Both the position numbers and the translations under genes were made by a program. Shown in pieces: positions 1 to 12,785 of a DNA stretch of 64,000 bases (positions are counted from its first letter, which is position 1; each line of letters begins with the position of its first letter). The stretch lies in the NCBI GenBank assembly GCA_001949185.1, contig BDGG01000001.1, positions 4,453,624 to 4,517,623 of the forward strand, written 5' to 3'. This DNA is from Ramazzottius varieornatus. Lineage: Eukaryota; Animalia; Tardigrada. A model generated the notes under the pieces. That model worked only from the letters and a program-made list of their open reading frames with translations. It did no database searches and was not told where the DNA came from.

Positions 1-571
1 TTCTTTGATCATTCGGACATCTGTGTCTTGCTGAAGTAGAGGATGGTATTGGATATATAGCCGAACGTGGTGAACCACCTTGTTCTTATTGGTCTGGAAA
101 AGCAAAGATACCATAAGCAACACATTGTCAAGAAACAGCAAACAATTACACTATTTTAAAGAATCAGAAAATGTTGGTCAATGAAGAATGCAAAATCATT
201 TTCACATTGACTTCCGACTGGACTGTTATGATTCCGCATTGCTTGACAGGAAGCGAGAGATCAAGTTTGTTGGTGCCCTTGCCCAGCATCCGGCAGTCGC
301 GGTTGGTGTCACCGACATAGACGATGCCATCAAAGCTCGATTCGGTCTTCAGCGTTATCGAAACCACCTTGCTCGTGCACTGAAGCTGCACAACTGCAGT
401 TAGAAAAAAAGGTTTGATAATTTCGACAATATTTTGGTTTGGAAAGTGTTATAAGTACTCACCGGGAGGGCTGATAGGCTTCTTGTGAAACACTGCATGA
501 GCGATCGGCAAAAGGGATAAATGGACTAGAATTATTCCAAAATAGATCCAAGAGAAACTTAAATGGGACAT
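1..571 (-). CDS. Secreted ZP-domain (cuticlin-like) protein, 5' exons only; runs off the window start
   Basis: ATG at 571 gives the signal peptide MSHLSFSWIYFGIILVHLSLLPIAHA. Donor GTGAGT at 462, acceptor at 394. The next exon encodes LQCTSKVVSITLKTESSFDGIVYV...C...KQCGI, a typical ZP-N pattern. Confidence 0.75.
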
Positions 572-1386
572 CTTCCAATCGTTTGTGCGTTGAGGAGTGT
601 CCAATGAAAACTACTCTCTATGGAAGGGACAGTTTCCGTTTTCTGTTCACATGTTCGATAGATGAGAGGTCACAAAGGAAGGAACCAGGAACTAAGCAAA
701 CGTTCCCCAAGATATGATTGACTTCTAAATGTTAATGAATCAACGTAGCGAGCATACAGTATGCGTGGATGTGGCCCGACCAGAAGGAAATTACGGTGTC
801 TACGAACTTTTGACGATGGCAGAACAAGTGCAGCGAGAACATTGTACGAGTTCTTGGCCCGCAAAAAATCATGGTTGAATATTATTAGCATTCTGACTCA
901 CGAGGCCTGTTGCGATAAGCAGGTAAAGTGCATGGGCTGGTCTTTCAGCAGACAATTTTAATTACCAGCGATGAGAAAGAAACCTGCTGAAGTGATGCAA
1001 GCGGTAGCGCGTTCTTCGCGACCTCAGGCAAAACGGCAGTCATGACTGTAAACGGAAGACCACGCTCGACCAACTCCGAACTCTCACGCAGGTGGCGACC
1101 AGTCATGCACGGCTAGAAGCCGAGAACGCGAAGCAGCAACCAGAAAGAAAGCTGTCTTTGGTTTTCTGAACATTCCCCAAACTTCGGAGGAGCGAAAAAG
1201 ACATCCCGGAAACTTCTCCCTCCATGCCTGAGGCTTTCGAACTGATAAGAAGGTCCACAAAAGACAGGTTCTGATTCGTCACAACCTGCAAACATTGACC
1301 CACACGTTTACTGCGAGAAGTATGCAGGTTTGCGCAAAATTTAAAGGTGCAGATCTGAATCCGCCTCACACCTGCATACATGAGCT

Positions 1387-1943
1387 TAGAGACGGGATAA
1401 GTGTGATTAAGTTCGGTTTGGTATATTTCGATTTGGTAAATCTTCACACCGAATCGAAAATCTCGGTATGAAGTCCACACCGATATTTTCGGTTTGGTAA
1501 GTCGTCACACCAAAATTTCGATTTACCAAACCGAATCACACCGAAAAATCGGTAAACCAAAACACGAAAATCTCTTTTCAACCACAAAACCAGACGAAGA
1601 TAGCCCAAAACGAGGAGTTTGCAGGCTATTTGGTGTGTCTTCAGATGGTAGAAGCGTTTTCCCACACCGCGTGGTTTGGCTAACTGGCACAAAATACCGT
1701 GAAAAAGCCGGAAACTTTCCCGATATTGTTGAAAAATCGGTCAAATTCTTATCTTTCCGGGTCTTTTTGTATGTTTTGATTTGGTATCAATTTGGTATCA
1801 ATTTGGTGCCTACGCACACCGAAATCGAGTTTTCGCTGTGGGGCTCACACCAATATTTTCAGTTTCGGTATCTTCTCACACCAAATCGAAAAGTTCGATT
1901 TAGTTTCGATAAATTTCGGTAAACCACACTTATCCCATCTCTA
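1387..1943. mobile_element. Non-autonomous DNA transposon (MITE), hAT-like
   Basis: 19-bp TIRs TAGAGA(C/T)GGGATAAGTGTG with 18/19 match. Interior is packed with CACACCGAA/CCAAACCGAA subterminal repeats in both orientations. No transposase ORF. Confidence 0.8.
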
Positions 1944-2072
1944 CGTGGCACGGTGATGAGCTTGTATATGTTCCGCACCGCGAGGTATACAGGTAGATGC
2001 AAAGTGCTGTTTCTGCAGTTCCAGTGACAAAAAAATATACGAATATTCTTCGGTGCATTTTATTCATGCATG

Positions 2073-3398
2073 TCAAAGAATATGTTCTTGCAGTACTCTG
2101 TCACGTTCACAATCCGCACTAACACAGGGTATGGAAGCTTGCAAGTTGAGGACAGGTGCACCATCAGGTGCCGGGTTCGCCGCAATAACATTCGCGTTAA
2201 CCAGCCTAGGTGGCGTGTTGCTCGACGGAGCAGTGTGGTTCTCGATGACCAGCTTCTGGTTCATGCGATACCACTTACGAACTAAGGGGGCAATGGTGAA
2301 AATAAGTTCCATGCCAGCAATAAAAAGAAAGAGGATGTCGATGATACTGTACAAAATGAAGGCGGGAACCATAAAGTCACCCAGGGAACCCGGGCCCCTC
2401 TCCTCATTCCGCACAGGTACCGCTGTTATGTCGGCGGTGATGGCAGGCGTTAGACGTTGACCAAGACCCAACCATGTCATCCATATGATGGAGCCGATTA
2501 TGAAGCACACGGAGAAGAAAAATATTACCAAGTGTATCCAGTCTATCGAATCCGTCGAAGGCATCCGCCACTAGAAAATTCCAACACAAAGTTCCGGTAT
2601 GGAGGATAGAGTCCATACCCAACTCCACCGGAAAAGGAACAGAAACCCCAGACTGTTACGTTGGCAAATGACTTGAGCATGCGTCATTTTCCAAGTGGCG
2701 CACAAGTTCAGCCAACAGCAACGAGAATGTGCGCCACTTGCGATAACGATCATGTTCAATTCATTTAGCGATGTCTCAGATATAACTTTCACTGCTTTAC
2801 CTGTAGGCATGACTTCAACCCACTCCTTCTTATCCGATACCGGGTTTTACATAGTTCGCATATGAACGATCCACTCTGTCTAACCCACTGTAAAAGGCAT
2901 TCCGGATGACAGAACCGTATACTCCCGTCGCAGGCACATGGATGTATCAGCGTCGGTGTATTTCCGTTCACCAAAACGTCGCCGGAAGCTACGAGAGGAA
3001 AACAGAATCGTTTGTCCAATATAGCTTCTGACCGGAAGGATATCTCCTTACTCACCAGAGAAACATATCCGGCATTGTGCTGCGGACATATGCGACAAGT
3101 TCGACGTCAGCCTCGACCGTCCATCAGCATCACCGGTAAAATCATCAAAAATATCAACATTCACCCTCTTTCCCCGACTGGATTTGCCTAACGACGTCAA
3201 ACTTATCCGTTGTTTGGCCAGATCTTCGTGAGGTATCAATAGCCGGCTGGTATCCGTGATGACCGGCCTTGTTGTAGGTATATAGAGAGGAGATGGCTCT
3301 GCTGTGGTAGGAGGTGGGGGATGTTCAAGCAGTGGAACAGAAGTGATGGACACAACCTCGGTATAAATAGGTGGGGAATCTTGGGGTGAGACGGACAT
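2073..3398 (-). CDS. MARCH-family RING-CH membrane E3 ubiquitin ligase (multi-exon)
   Basis: CRICFSG|...LIHPCACDGSIRFCHPECLLQWV...CELCK (C4HC3 RINGv) followed by two hydrophobic TM segments; GT-AG introns. Confidence 0.85.
2692..2740. repeat. Intronic palindrome family A core (CAAGTGGCGCAC-N25-GTGCGCCACTTG)
   Basis: Perfect 12-bp inverted arms with a 25-nt spacer, inside a MARCH intron. Confidence 0.85.
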
Positions 3399-3818
3399 AA
3401 TATACACAATCGCGGCTACAGCCTTCGTATCAGCATGAAATGGCGCCTTCTGCTGGAAGCTTTTATTAACTGTAAACCGCTGCCTTTTAACTCAAATTAG
3501 CACATTCAGCTGGACGATGCTGCTTCTCGGTGACCTCAGAGAACGTAAGGAACGCCACATGGTTGCTACGGCCATTACGACCGACCGCAAATCCAACGAA
3601 AAACAACCTCAGTCTTTCATTAGAGCCTTCTTTGACACAGAAACATTTGAAAAACAAGTCACAAAACGAATAAAAATTAACGAAAGAACAACTTGAATAA
3701 AATGGATAAGAGCTATATTACAGACTGAAAATTTTGTAATAATATCGAGATTAGTATACGTACTTGTCGGACTTTCACACAGTTTGCCACCTCAATACCC
3801 CTTGACTGAATCAAGCAC

Positions 3819-5817
3819 TTACACGTTGATGACGGATGTTCCGTGAAGTCCATCCTTTCCCTTCCTCGCGGCGTAAGGTGCCAAGGCAGGGTCCACTTCC
3901 TTCTCGATGAATTCTCTAACCTGCATTGACACGCCAGATGACCTTCTTCATCACTCTTTTCAGGTAATGTTTGGGGACGACTGCTGCAGTGTTCTTACCT
4001 GGTTGGGCGCTCTGCCGACAAAGGTGGTCGGGTCCATCAATTCCTCCATTTGGTCGACGATAGGCGCAAAATAGGGATCGGCGGTGATGCGTTCTATCAG
4101 ATCGTTCTCCTGTCCCTCGTTCTTTACCATTCCTCCAGCCTTGTGAGAGTGTTCGCGGACCTTCTCGTGGCAGTCTTGACGATTCCCGCCCTTGGTGACC
4201 ATGGCCATGATGATGTTCTCGGTGGCCATGAACGGCAATTCTTGCTGAATCCGACGAGCTATCACCTTCGGGTACACTACCAGACCCTCACAGATGTTCT
4301 GTAAGGTGATCAGAAGAGCGTCGGCGATCAGGAAAGCTTCGGGTATACAAATCCTCCTGAAAAGCAAGACCAAACCAAGATATTATAGCTGTAATCTACT
4401 TTCTTAAAATAATTTTCGTAAATTTTGTGTTCATTTTCTCGACAAGTTTTGCAATACCGATTGGCGCTGTCATCAAGTGTTCGTTCCATCCATTGTACAC
4501 TAAGCGTCTGCATGGCATCGTTGACTAGAATCATAAGATGTCGAGAAAGGCTACAGCAGCGTTCACTGCGCATGGGATTCCTCTTGTAGGCCATCGCACT
4601 GGAACCAATCTGCTCCTTCTCGAATGGCTCCTCGATCTCTTTGAAGCTCGCTAAAATCCTTATGTCCGTACATATCTACAAAGCAATCTCTCACATTCAC
4701 AAGCTTCATCGAAGATAACAGGACTTGGTTAGACCGCACTGGTTAGTCAGAATTTACCTTGTGAATCGACGCACCGAGTCCAGACAACGCTCCAATGATC
4801 TCAAGGTCCACTTTTCTAGAGTAAGTCTGCCCACAGATGATGAAAGACCTGCACAAGAATTAAAAAATGCAATATCTCGCATCGACAATTTAACCGGAGC
4901 ATAGTGTACACTTACTTGTCGAAACCAGCGTACTGAGTGACGATGACGTCCAGCATCTGGACCTTATTGTCATGTCCGCCAAACAACTGCAAGAAGCTGG
5001 CTTGAGTACCTGTTGTTCCCTTCACTCCTCGAAACCGTAGCCCACTCTTCAACCGTTCCAGATTGCGTAAATCCATTAGCAAGTCGTTCATCCATAGACA
5101 AGCTCTCTTGCCGACCGTCGACAGTTGAGCAGGCCTAACAATGGGAACTGATACTGTACATGCCAAAAACACTTTCAACTTAGACTCTGACACAATATGT
5201 CACTGCTTTGCGGACTCACTGTAAATGTGTGTAGCCAAGCGTAGGAAGGTCCTTGTAGTCGCTAGCGAAAGTCCGCAGTCGGTCGATTGTCCGAGCGAGC
5301 TTGGGAAGAAGAAAGTTCAAGCCATCCCTCATGCAGATCAAGTCCTACAAACAACCCACATAGTACTATATGTCATTTGAGATGGGAAAGCGAACGACAT
5401 ACGGCATTGTCTGTCACGTAGCAGGAAGTGGCGCCCAGGTGGATAATGGGTTCCGCCGATGGGCACTCTCTGGCAAAGGTTCGCACATGTGCCATAACGT
5501 CATGGCGCACTCGTCTTTCTTCGGCTGCTGCAAACTCCCAATCGATCTTCTCCACATTGTCCTCCATCTCCTTGATCTGCTCTGTTCGAATGTCCAATCC
5601 AATGGTCTAGACGAAAACGTCTGGATCTACATACTGCAAGGAACCCATGCTGGTTTGTCGACAAGAACACAATAAGCACCTGTTGCGACTTGGCTAACCA
5701 GATCCACAACCACCTCCAGGTGACTATCCGCTTATGGTCACCAAAGTTCCGCGCCATGTCTTCGCTGGCATAGCGCTGTGTCAAGGGGCTCTGGTACTGC
5801 ATCCTCTGCTTGTCCAT
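3819..5817 (-). CDS. ADSL: Adenylosuccinate lyase (multi-exon)
   Basis: [69 protein letters not shown] signature, [15 protein letters not shown]. Stop TAA at 3819-3821. Confidence 0.97.
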
Positions 5818-6104
5818 TGCGAACGCTGCGTTATTGCCGACTAGCTATCAGCTATATGTAGCTACGAACAACGAACTGACAAGTGAGCTCACGGAGGGGA
5901 CCGAAGGGAAGTATTGGACGAGAAGATCCGTGCTGTTTCCACTGCAGGTTCTCACGGCGTCGCAAGATACGGACTATTCCGGCTGAAGTCTGGCATTAAC
6001 GGGAGCACAGCAAAGACAAATCCCGATCTTTGACTGTGCTAAACATGCATCTTCGCTCGATCCCAACTCGATAAAGTCATAATTCTTTGAAGATGGCTGC
6101 CAGC

Positions 6105-6229
6105 CAGTGTTCGGCAGGTAAACATCCCGGTACCCCGATAGAATCTCATCAATCCGAACCATTTCGGGTCTTTACCATAATATGGCGAGCCATGCTGAGT
6201 GCCGCGGAATGTTTACCTGCCGAACACTG
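6105..6229. mobile_element. 125-bp hAT-like MITE
   Basis: Perfect 21-bp TIR CAGTGTTCGGCAGGTAAACAT. The 8-bp flanks CTGCCAGC/CTGGCAGC match 7/8, consistent with a hAT target-site duplication. Confidence 0.8.
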
Positions 6230-6515
6230 CTGGCAGCTGGCTTTCTCAGAAATGGTAATTTTGATAATTGAATCAACAATCAACTCGCATTACGCGCTTT
6301 TGCGCCGCGGATGCAGATGGAACCGCGTCGCCCAAGTTTGACATCCCATATGATCTAACATGACATGACACAAGATAACACACCATGATACAGAAATCTC
6401 CACTGCAGCACATCATGCACTCGTTCCTTTCAAATGACTTTTATCTCTGGTGTCCCCCTTGTTGAACCTGGAATCGCTTTTCCACTTGCTGATTTCGTGT
6501 GCAAGTTGAGAAGGC

Positions 6516-6994
6516 ATGGAGGAGCAAACGGAGACGACCATGGCGCCAGGAGAGCGGATGGATGTAGACGGCGGCGGTTATGTACCTTTACAACCGGAAC
6601 CGGAAGACGATGAGCCATTGACGGGTGCTCCTTTCGTCATCAAGAAATTTTCCCCTGTCTTCTTCTGGAGCTGGGACGTCCACTCGGACAGCTGTGCCAT
6701 ATGTCGAGTCATGCTAATGGAGCCTTGTTTGAACTGCCAAGTCAACAACAAAACTTCGTGTGTCGGTAAGTTCATCAGTCATACTGCGCATATATACTGT
6801 ATATGTACGAACGCCTTGTTATATCATGTTCTGTTCTTTTTGTAGTCGTATGGGGAGAATGCAATCACGCCTTTCACAACTGCTGCATGGCAGCCTGGAT
6901 CAAGAGCGGAAGTTCCAGTTCGGGGACTGCAGGAACTGGCAGCAAATGTCCCCTGTGTCAAGCTGAATGGATCATTCAGCGAGTCGGAAACTAA
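6516..6994 (+). CDS. RNF7: RING-box protein 2 (RBX2/SAG), 2 exons
   Basis: WSWDVHSDSCAICRV...C..C...CV|VVWGECNHAFHNCCM..W...CPLCQAEWIIQRVG matches RBX2 rather than RBX1; single intron at about 6766-6845. Confidence 0.9.
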
Positions 6995-7164
6995 GCTAGG
7001 TTTGTCATGTATCGCCATTAATAAGCGAGAAGAATCTCATTTCGTAGCGATTCATTTTATTTTCTAACATTGTGCTTTCCGGTGAAGACTGTTGGTTTCG
7101 GTAGTTGCCATCAAGCTCAAAAGCCTATATCTGAAGCGTCTTTTGTTAGCTTCTTACCAGCAAG

Positions 7165-8082
7165 TTATGTGTCGTAGAACATAAAATCCTGTAATCAAAA
7201 TACACCTGTGTCAGATGATGTGGTTTTTCTAGATGGAAGAAGTGGCTCACAATCAGGAAGGAGATCCCAAGTAACGAGGCTTTCGTGGTGACGTCCAGAT
7301 CAGGCTTGAAGTTCAAAGCGTAGTGATCGGCGTCGGTGGTCGCTTCATGCAAAATACCCATCCAAGTTTTCGACAGTTTACCAACGAGCTCAACTTGTGG
7401 ACCTCTTTCGTTTACGGTCACAACCTGCAGATACAAGAACGCTTGACGCACGAACGGGATTCAGGTTGAGGTTTTCGGTTACATAGTAGTCGACGTCTCG
7501 GAAGCAGGCCGCGGTACACACTGGACCCTCCACTTTTAGGACAGCTTGGCGAGCCTCGTTATACACTCTAAAACGTGGAGTCATGAAGGTTACTTCCTGC
7601 TCGATGTAGCCGATTGGGTTCCCGGGTGGAACCTGTACTTCTATTCTCTGAAAGGTACAAAATCCGATTCATCAGTATTTCAAGCGGCGCCTAATGAAGC
7701 AATAGAAAATGAACGGGTTTTTTACTTGCAGGCAGCAAAAACAGCAGCAGTTCCTGCAGCGTAAGGGTCGCTTGATATGCATGATCTCTTGCTGGTTCCT
7801 GTCTAGAATGATCATCGTGAAGGGCCGTGCAGATCCCAAGCATCGTTTACTCAGCGGACTGCTGACTTCCATCGCAAAGTACACATACTGTTCTGCGGCA
7901 TTCATCACGGCGTACTTGTTATTTGCCGGTATTCCTTTAGAAACTGCAAGTAGAATTGCCACTGTGAGTAAGAATTCGGGAAAACTCTTTTTAGCTTCCG
8001 CTTGCCTCGCACTTGATATCGTCGTAAAGGCTTGAAGTCGATCTTCCAGCAGATTTAGGATACTACGAGGATCAACAGGCAT
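7165..8082 (-). CDS. Phospholipid scramblase family protein (multi-exon)
   Basis: NKYAVMN...RCLGSARPFTM, Cys-rich RPLRCRNCCCFCCLQ, KVEGPVC, DADHYALNFKPDLDVTTKASLLGISFLI|DFMFY. Confidence 0.9.
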
Positions 8083-8835
8083 TGCTGCGTTACAAAGAAT
8101 GCTACAGAAGATGTTTCTGTCAGACCGGAAACCGGAGGTTAATCTGACCGTTGGTTAACAAATTTCCTTTACCGTTTTCGCGATGACATACCATGTATGA
8201 CCTGACATGACATGGCATGTGAGTCATGTTAGTACACATTGTGATTTGATTGATGAATAACTTGATTGATTGGCCTCTACTGTACGCAGTCTCATACTCT
8301 CAGTTCTATCTCTGCAATGTCACGCATTCGAGAATTTCTGTGGAGCTAGGGCATGGTTATTCGCCGTTCTTCCCGATACTTTGTAGAGTGCCATGAGTCT
8401 CAGCTATCACGTGAAATCATTTCTATCGTGAGCGGCGAGTGACATGGTCTGAAGGTTCCCTCGTAAGTGGTAATGAGAAACGAATGAGGAACGAAGGAAC
8501 GAAAGGCTCCTTAGCAAAAAAGCAACTCGAATTTCAAGATGCCGAAGTATTAGTCGCACTATATTGTTTTCTTGTCTTTCACGTGGCTATCAGGCGGAAA
8601 TTCTGGCTAGCTTGTAGGATGTTGTCAAAGTTACGAAACACTGTTACCACCAATGTCCAAACGGTCTACCGTAAGGAAGTGAACAGGTATACATTACTCC
8701 CATACAACCGCTATAGACTGATGAGAACCATGGATAGAAATGTCTAATACGTAATTGGTGATTCTTCGTCATCTTGGCTGTAACCAGTCTAATGTGCCTT
8801 CGTTAGCAGGAAAAAAGGGAAAACTCATTCCGATA

Positions 8836-9559
8836 TCAGGAACGATGTTTTGCTTCCTTCTCGCCAGCCGGTAGGTTCGCAAGATAGTCAACGAGCCAGT
8901 TGAACGCCTCGCGTACTTCTTCCGTATTCAAACCATTACAAGTCTTAATCTGCCAAGGGCGGTTCTGAAGGGAGCGTTCCAGCTCGAACATCTGAGTGAT
9001 GGCCTGGACGGATAAAGCATTCGGCAGGTCCTTCTTATTGACAAGGATTAGATAAGGCAAGTTCGGCTTGTCGTTGAGAAGTGGATGTTGGATCAGTCCC
9101 TCAAACTCCTCTTTAGCCACTACTATCCGCATCCTACGAATGGACTATCTGCCGCATTTTCGAGATGTTCAAACGAAGTGCTTTTACCTGTCGGTGGAAT
9201 CAATCACGAATATAATGGCTTGGCTGTCGTTGAGGCATCGTTCCCACATAGGTCGGTATCTTCCTTGTCCCGAGAGATCGTTGAAATGAAGAACAACATT
9301 TCCTATCTTTATTTTCTCGATCTGAAAACCGGCATTCCAAGACTGGGCTTACTTCCGACGGACAGCAGCTAGCCTGATAAGCAACTTTGCGTACCTGTGC
9401 GCCAACTGTGGGAGGGATACTTTCTGGAGAGGATTTGTTTTCCGTTTTCAGGCTGTTGAGAATGGTCGACTTGCCACTGTTGTCCAGGCCCACTACGAGG
9501 ACATTGAAGGTTTTCGGTCCGGAACCCAGCGCATTGGCAATTTTGTCAAGGATGCCCAT
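8836..9559 (-). CDS. ARL6: ADP-ribosylation factor-like 6 (BBS3)
   Basis: MGILDK myristoylation-type start, GLDNSGKST P-loop, DLSGQGRYR, QAIIFVIDSTD|RMRIVVAKEE, NKKD. Confidence 0.88.
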
Positions 9560-10050
9560 GGCGAACAACCAAAGGTAATCCACGATGTTGACACAAAAAC
9601 AGATTTCCTGCACCAAATCGCAGTTCGCGCACCTGATCGTATCCCCGAGCTTCAGAGAATGTACACCAGTCAGGTGATCGATATTGATTAACGTGATGTG
9701 GGACATCCAGATATCGTTTGGGGTCTCCACATTGGCCTGTGAGGCTGAAGTAGCGGGCCATCCATGGTCGTATTGATCGGGCCCAGCCGCTCAGGTGACG
9801 GGGTAGGAACAGATGATCAACATGTACTAATATCTTCTTCACGTAAAAGGTAATCTTCCAGAAGGGCAACAGAGATTTCTAGGCTCAGTCCGCCGAAAAA
9901 ATATAAAACTTTGTACAAGAGCGGGCAGCGCCTTGCTCCAGATCTTGCAGTAACTAACTGCTAATCAAGTAGCAAAGACATGTACGCCTACGAGTAAAGG
10001 TACGAAAAGCAGGGAACCCGGAAGCTGATTCAGTGTACAACAAGAAGTCA

Positions 10051-10533
10051 TCAGGACGAACTGTATGAAACCGACAGATCCATCGGGACGTACTGCGAGT
10101 CTCGGTCAAGTTGTTTTGTTTCGGTTTGATCGAAAGGGATGGGAAAAGACCCAGTTTTAGAAAGGACGGGACTTTTGGAAACGGATGCGGTGGACTGGGT
10201 GAGTTCGGGCGTAGAGTCAATTCTGACTGGGTTTGATGGGCGTCCTCCCTTTCGTCCAACACGATAACCGTTGGCTGAAGTTGCACCTTTCGGCCGACCA
10301 CGCTTTTTCACTGCCCGCTACGAAACGTCGGATCCACCATTCACTTCCTGGTTTGTGTGACTGGTGGATGCTGCTTTGCGGCCACAGGAAACGGTACTCC
10401 CTTTCGGTCGACCTCTGGGCTTCTTCTTTGCAATCAAATTTTCTATTGCAGCTGTTTTGGGAAATGCCGCTCCTTCAGCTCGTCGTAAATCATACACTGA
10501 GTGATCCCCATCGCTAGCTCCACGGTTCGCCAT
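10051..10533 (-). pseudogene. AT-hook-like ORF interrupted by an in-frame TAG (pseudogene, or spliced/readthrough gene)
   Basis: ORFs 10318-10575 and 10051-10311 are in the same frame, separated by TAG at 10318-10320. They contain KPRGRPKG, KKRGRPKG and GGRP motifs. Confidence 0.35.
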
Positions 10534-10831
10534 CGGATCTTCGATGAACTGGCCACGTTCAAAATCTCTTCCCAACCTACCTTCTCAATTCCAATGCTCA
10601 CTGACTTTAGCCGAAAGAAGGAGTAATCGATTGAAAGTTGGAACTTGGGGAAAACTAGGTATTAGAGGCACTGGTTTGTGTTAATGCTGTACTGGGATGA
10701 TTGGGTTGATTGTTGCTGAGCAACAGCCCGGCCTTGAAGTTGTACTTGAATGTTTTTTATTTGTGTAGCACGATGCAAAGTCCAGGAAAAATTCACGGCC
10801 CGGAGAAAAAATCTCCTATCGTAGGTGACGA

Positions 10832-12101
10832 TCATTTTGAGTCAGACTTGCTCGTGCCATTAGAGTTGCTTCGGAAGGAACTGGATAATGAATGGGAGAC
10901 CTTGCTATAACAAGAGAGAAAAGGCAGTCTGAAACGTTGACTGACCAAACAATACACAACAATATTCAGAGAATAATTGCACATCTGGAGTAAGTTAAGT
11001 GTGCTCAATAATATGGTGCCGGAATATCCGGATAAGGCATAGCTGCAATAGGGCGGCAATGACAAGATTGTGAGGATGGACAGGACGATCAAGGGGAAAG
11101 TCGTGATGAAGTACAGCAGGCTGGAAGCCAGTAACAGGGCATTTGGGCGGCTTCTGCTCTTAACCTGGATCACGGATGTTTGATTATTGCTGTTCTCAAA
11201 CAGATCTTGTCGGCTCAGCGCTCTCCGCCGTTGCAAAAAGACGATCAGCGTGCAGTTGACACAAAACAACAAGACGAATTTCAATAGCATGTTGACAGTC
11301 TGGAAACAACAACAATGAATTTCACCACCCTCGTCAAACGCATTAAAAGATCAGCAGTAAACGTACTTGTGCCACATTGTGGACGGATGTCCAGTCGGCC
11401 AGCCACGCCGGCACACCGGCGTCCATATGAGCGATGGGATAGTAGTAGCGAACAAGAAGGTTGACCGATAACGTTATTGCGAGGAATGCGATAACCAGAA
11501 TGGTTCGGAGAGCTTGCCGGGGAACCGCGTACTTTAGCATACCAATAGGGAAAATTACCGACGCCAGACGTTCGATAGAAAACACGATGAGAACCCTACA
11601 AGCAACCAAAGTGGAATGATGATTCGTCGATGAAGACATTGTATTGAAAGCATATTCTTTAATGTTAAAAAGGGTTGTCCTACCAGTCCGAAATATTGGT
11701 GGCGACATCCAAGATCCAAGAGTACAGCCCCAGATATCCAAACATGAAGTACTCGAAGCTGACGCTGATTGGGTTATCCATGTATGCGTTCAGCACATAA
11801 ATGGGGAACTCGACCCACCTGGAAAATAATAAGTGACGGTAATTTGTATAAATTCAGTCTTTAATGAGTATCTCCCTCACAGGCTGATCAAGTCGGCAAT
11901 TGCGATGGCCGTTAGGTAATAGCTGACTGTATTGTGCCATTTTTTGTTCCTCAAGAAAGTGATCACCGTAACGTTCCCCACAGTACAAATGGCAAGGAGG
12001 AAAGGGTAAACAACTAATTTCAGGTACTGGAAAGACTTGATCGGAAAGTCGACAGGAACACCGGAGTTGTTACAGGCGTTGATTTCAGTGCCGTCCGCCA
12101 T
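10832..12101 (-). CDS. Orphan class A (rhodopsin-like) peptide GPCR, FMRFamide-receptor-like clade, 4 exons
   Basis: TM1 VYPFLLAICTVGN, TM2 YLTAIAIADL, TM3 SDWVLIVFSIERL, TM6 YFITTFP, TM7 NYSLNIVVYCLVSQRFR; exons join in frame. Confidence 0.85.
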
Positions 12102-12785
12102 TCCTTAGCTGGAGTACCTGACCAGAGAATGCGCAATGAGAGAGCCGGAGAGGTGCTCTTCTGTACCCGAGGTCGCCAATGTTATGACAGTACAGCACGA
12201 AGTTTACACTGTGTCTACTTGAAGACTCGAAGATGGTTGGCCGTCATGTGGGTGGCAGATAAGAGTGAGTTCTCCGCAATGCTTGCTTTCCAAAGTGCCG
12301 GCGAGCAGGAAAAACAAAATATGCTGAGGCCGGCAGAAAAGAACCTATTTTAGCGTACGGGAAACCTCCGGTTAAAGACGTTTGTCGTCACGTTGGATGT
12401 ATAAACCATCCGCCCTCCTTTCACCACTCATGAATAATGTTGAATATCATATTTCACTTCCCGCTAAAGTAAACACTTACCTGCTCTGTGCGACATAGGC
12501 CTCCCTGTTCATCTCCCCACAAGCTAACTTGGCGCAACCCGGAAATTTATACCACAGTATATACGCTGATGTGAGGGGAAGGGCCGTAGAATTCGCTTAT
12601 GTTAGCACGAAGTGGCGACCATTGATACCTAAGAGATTTAATTATTCGAATTTTTATTTGAAGAACTTGAAAACACGCGACAGTGACAACCAAGCAAAAA
12701 AACAGCAAGTATGAAGTTGATGAAGCAACTTTTGAGCAAACAAGGTAAACAACAAATCAAAAAGTGGAAAAATCAACAGCACACC

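Noticed and set aside
1103-1922. ORFs of 73-142 aa over the repeat-rich region
   Set aside because: They overlap the MITE's internal repeats and show no transposase or other protein motifs.
1387-1943. CRISPR-like array of short repeats
   Set aside because: Repeats are irregularly spaced, occur in both orientations, are bounded by TIRs, lie in eukaryotic DNA and have no cas genes.
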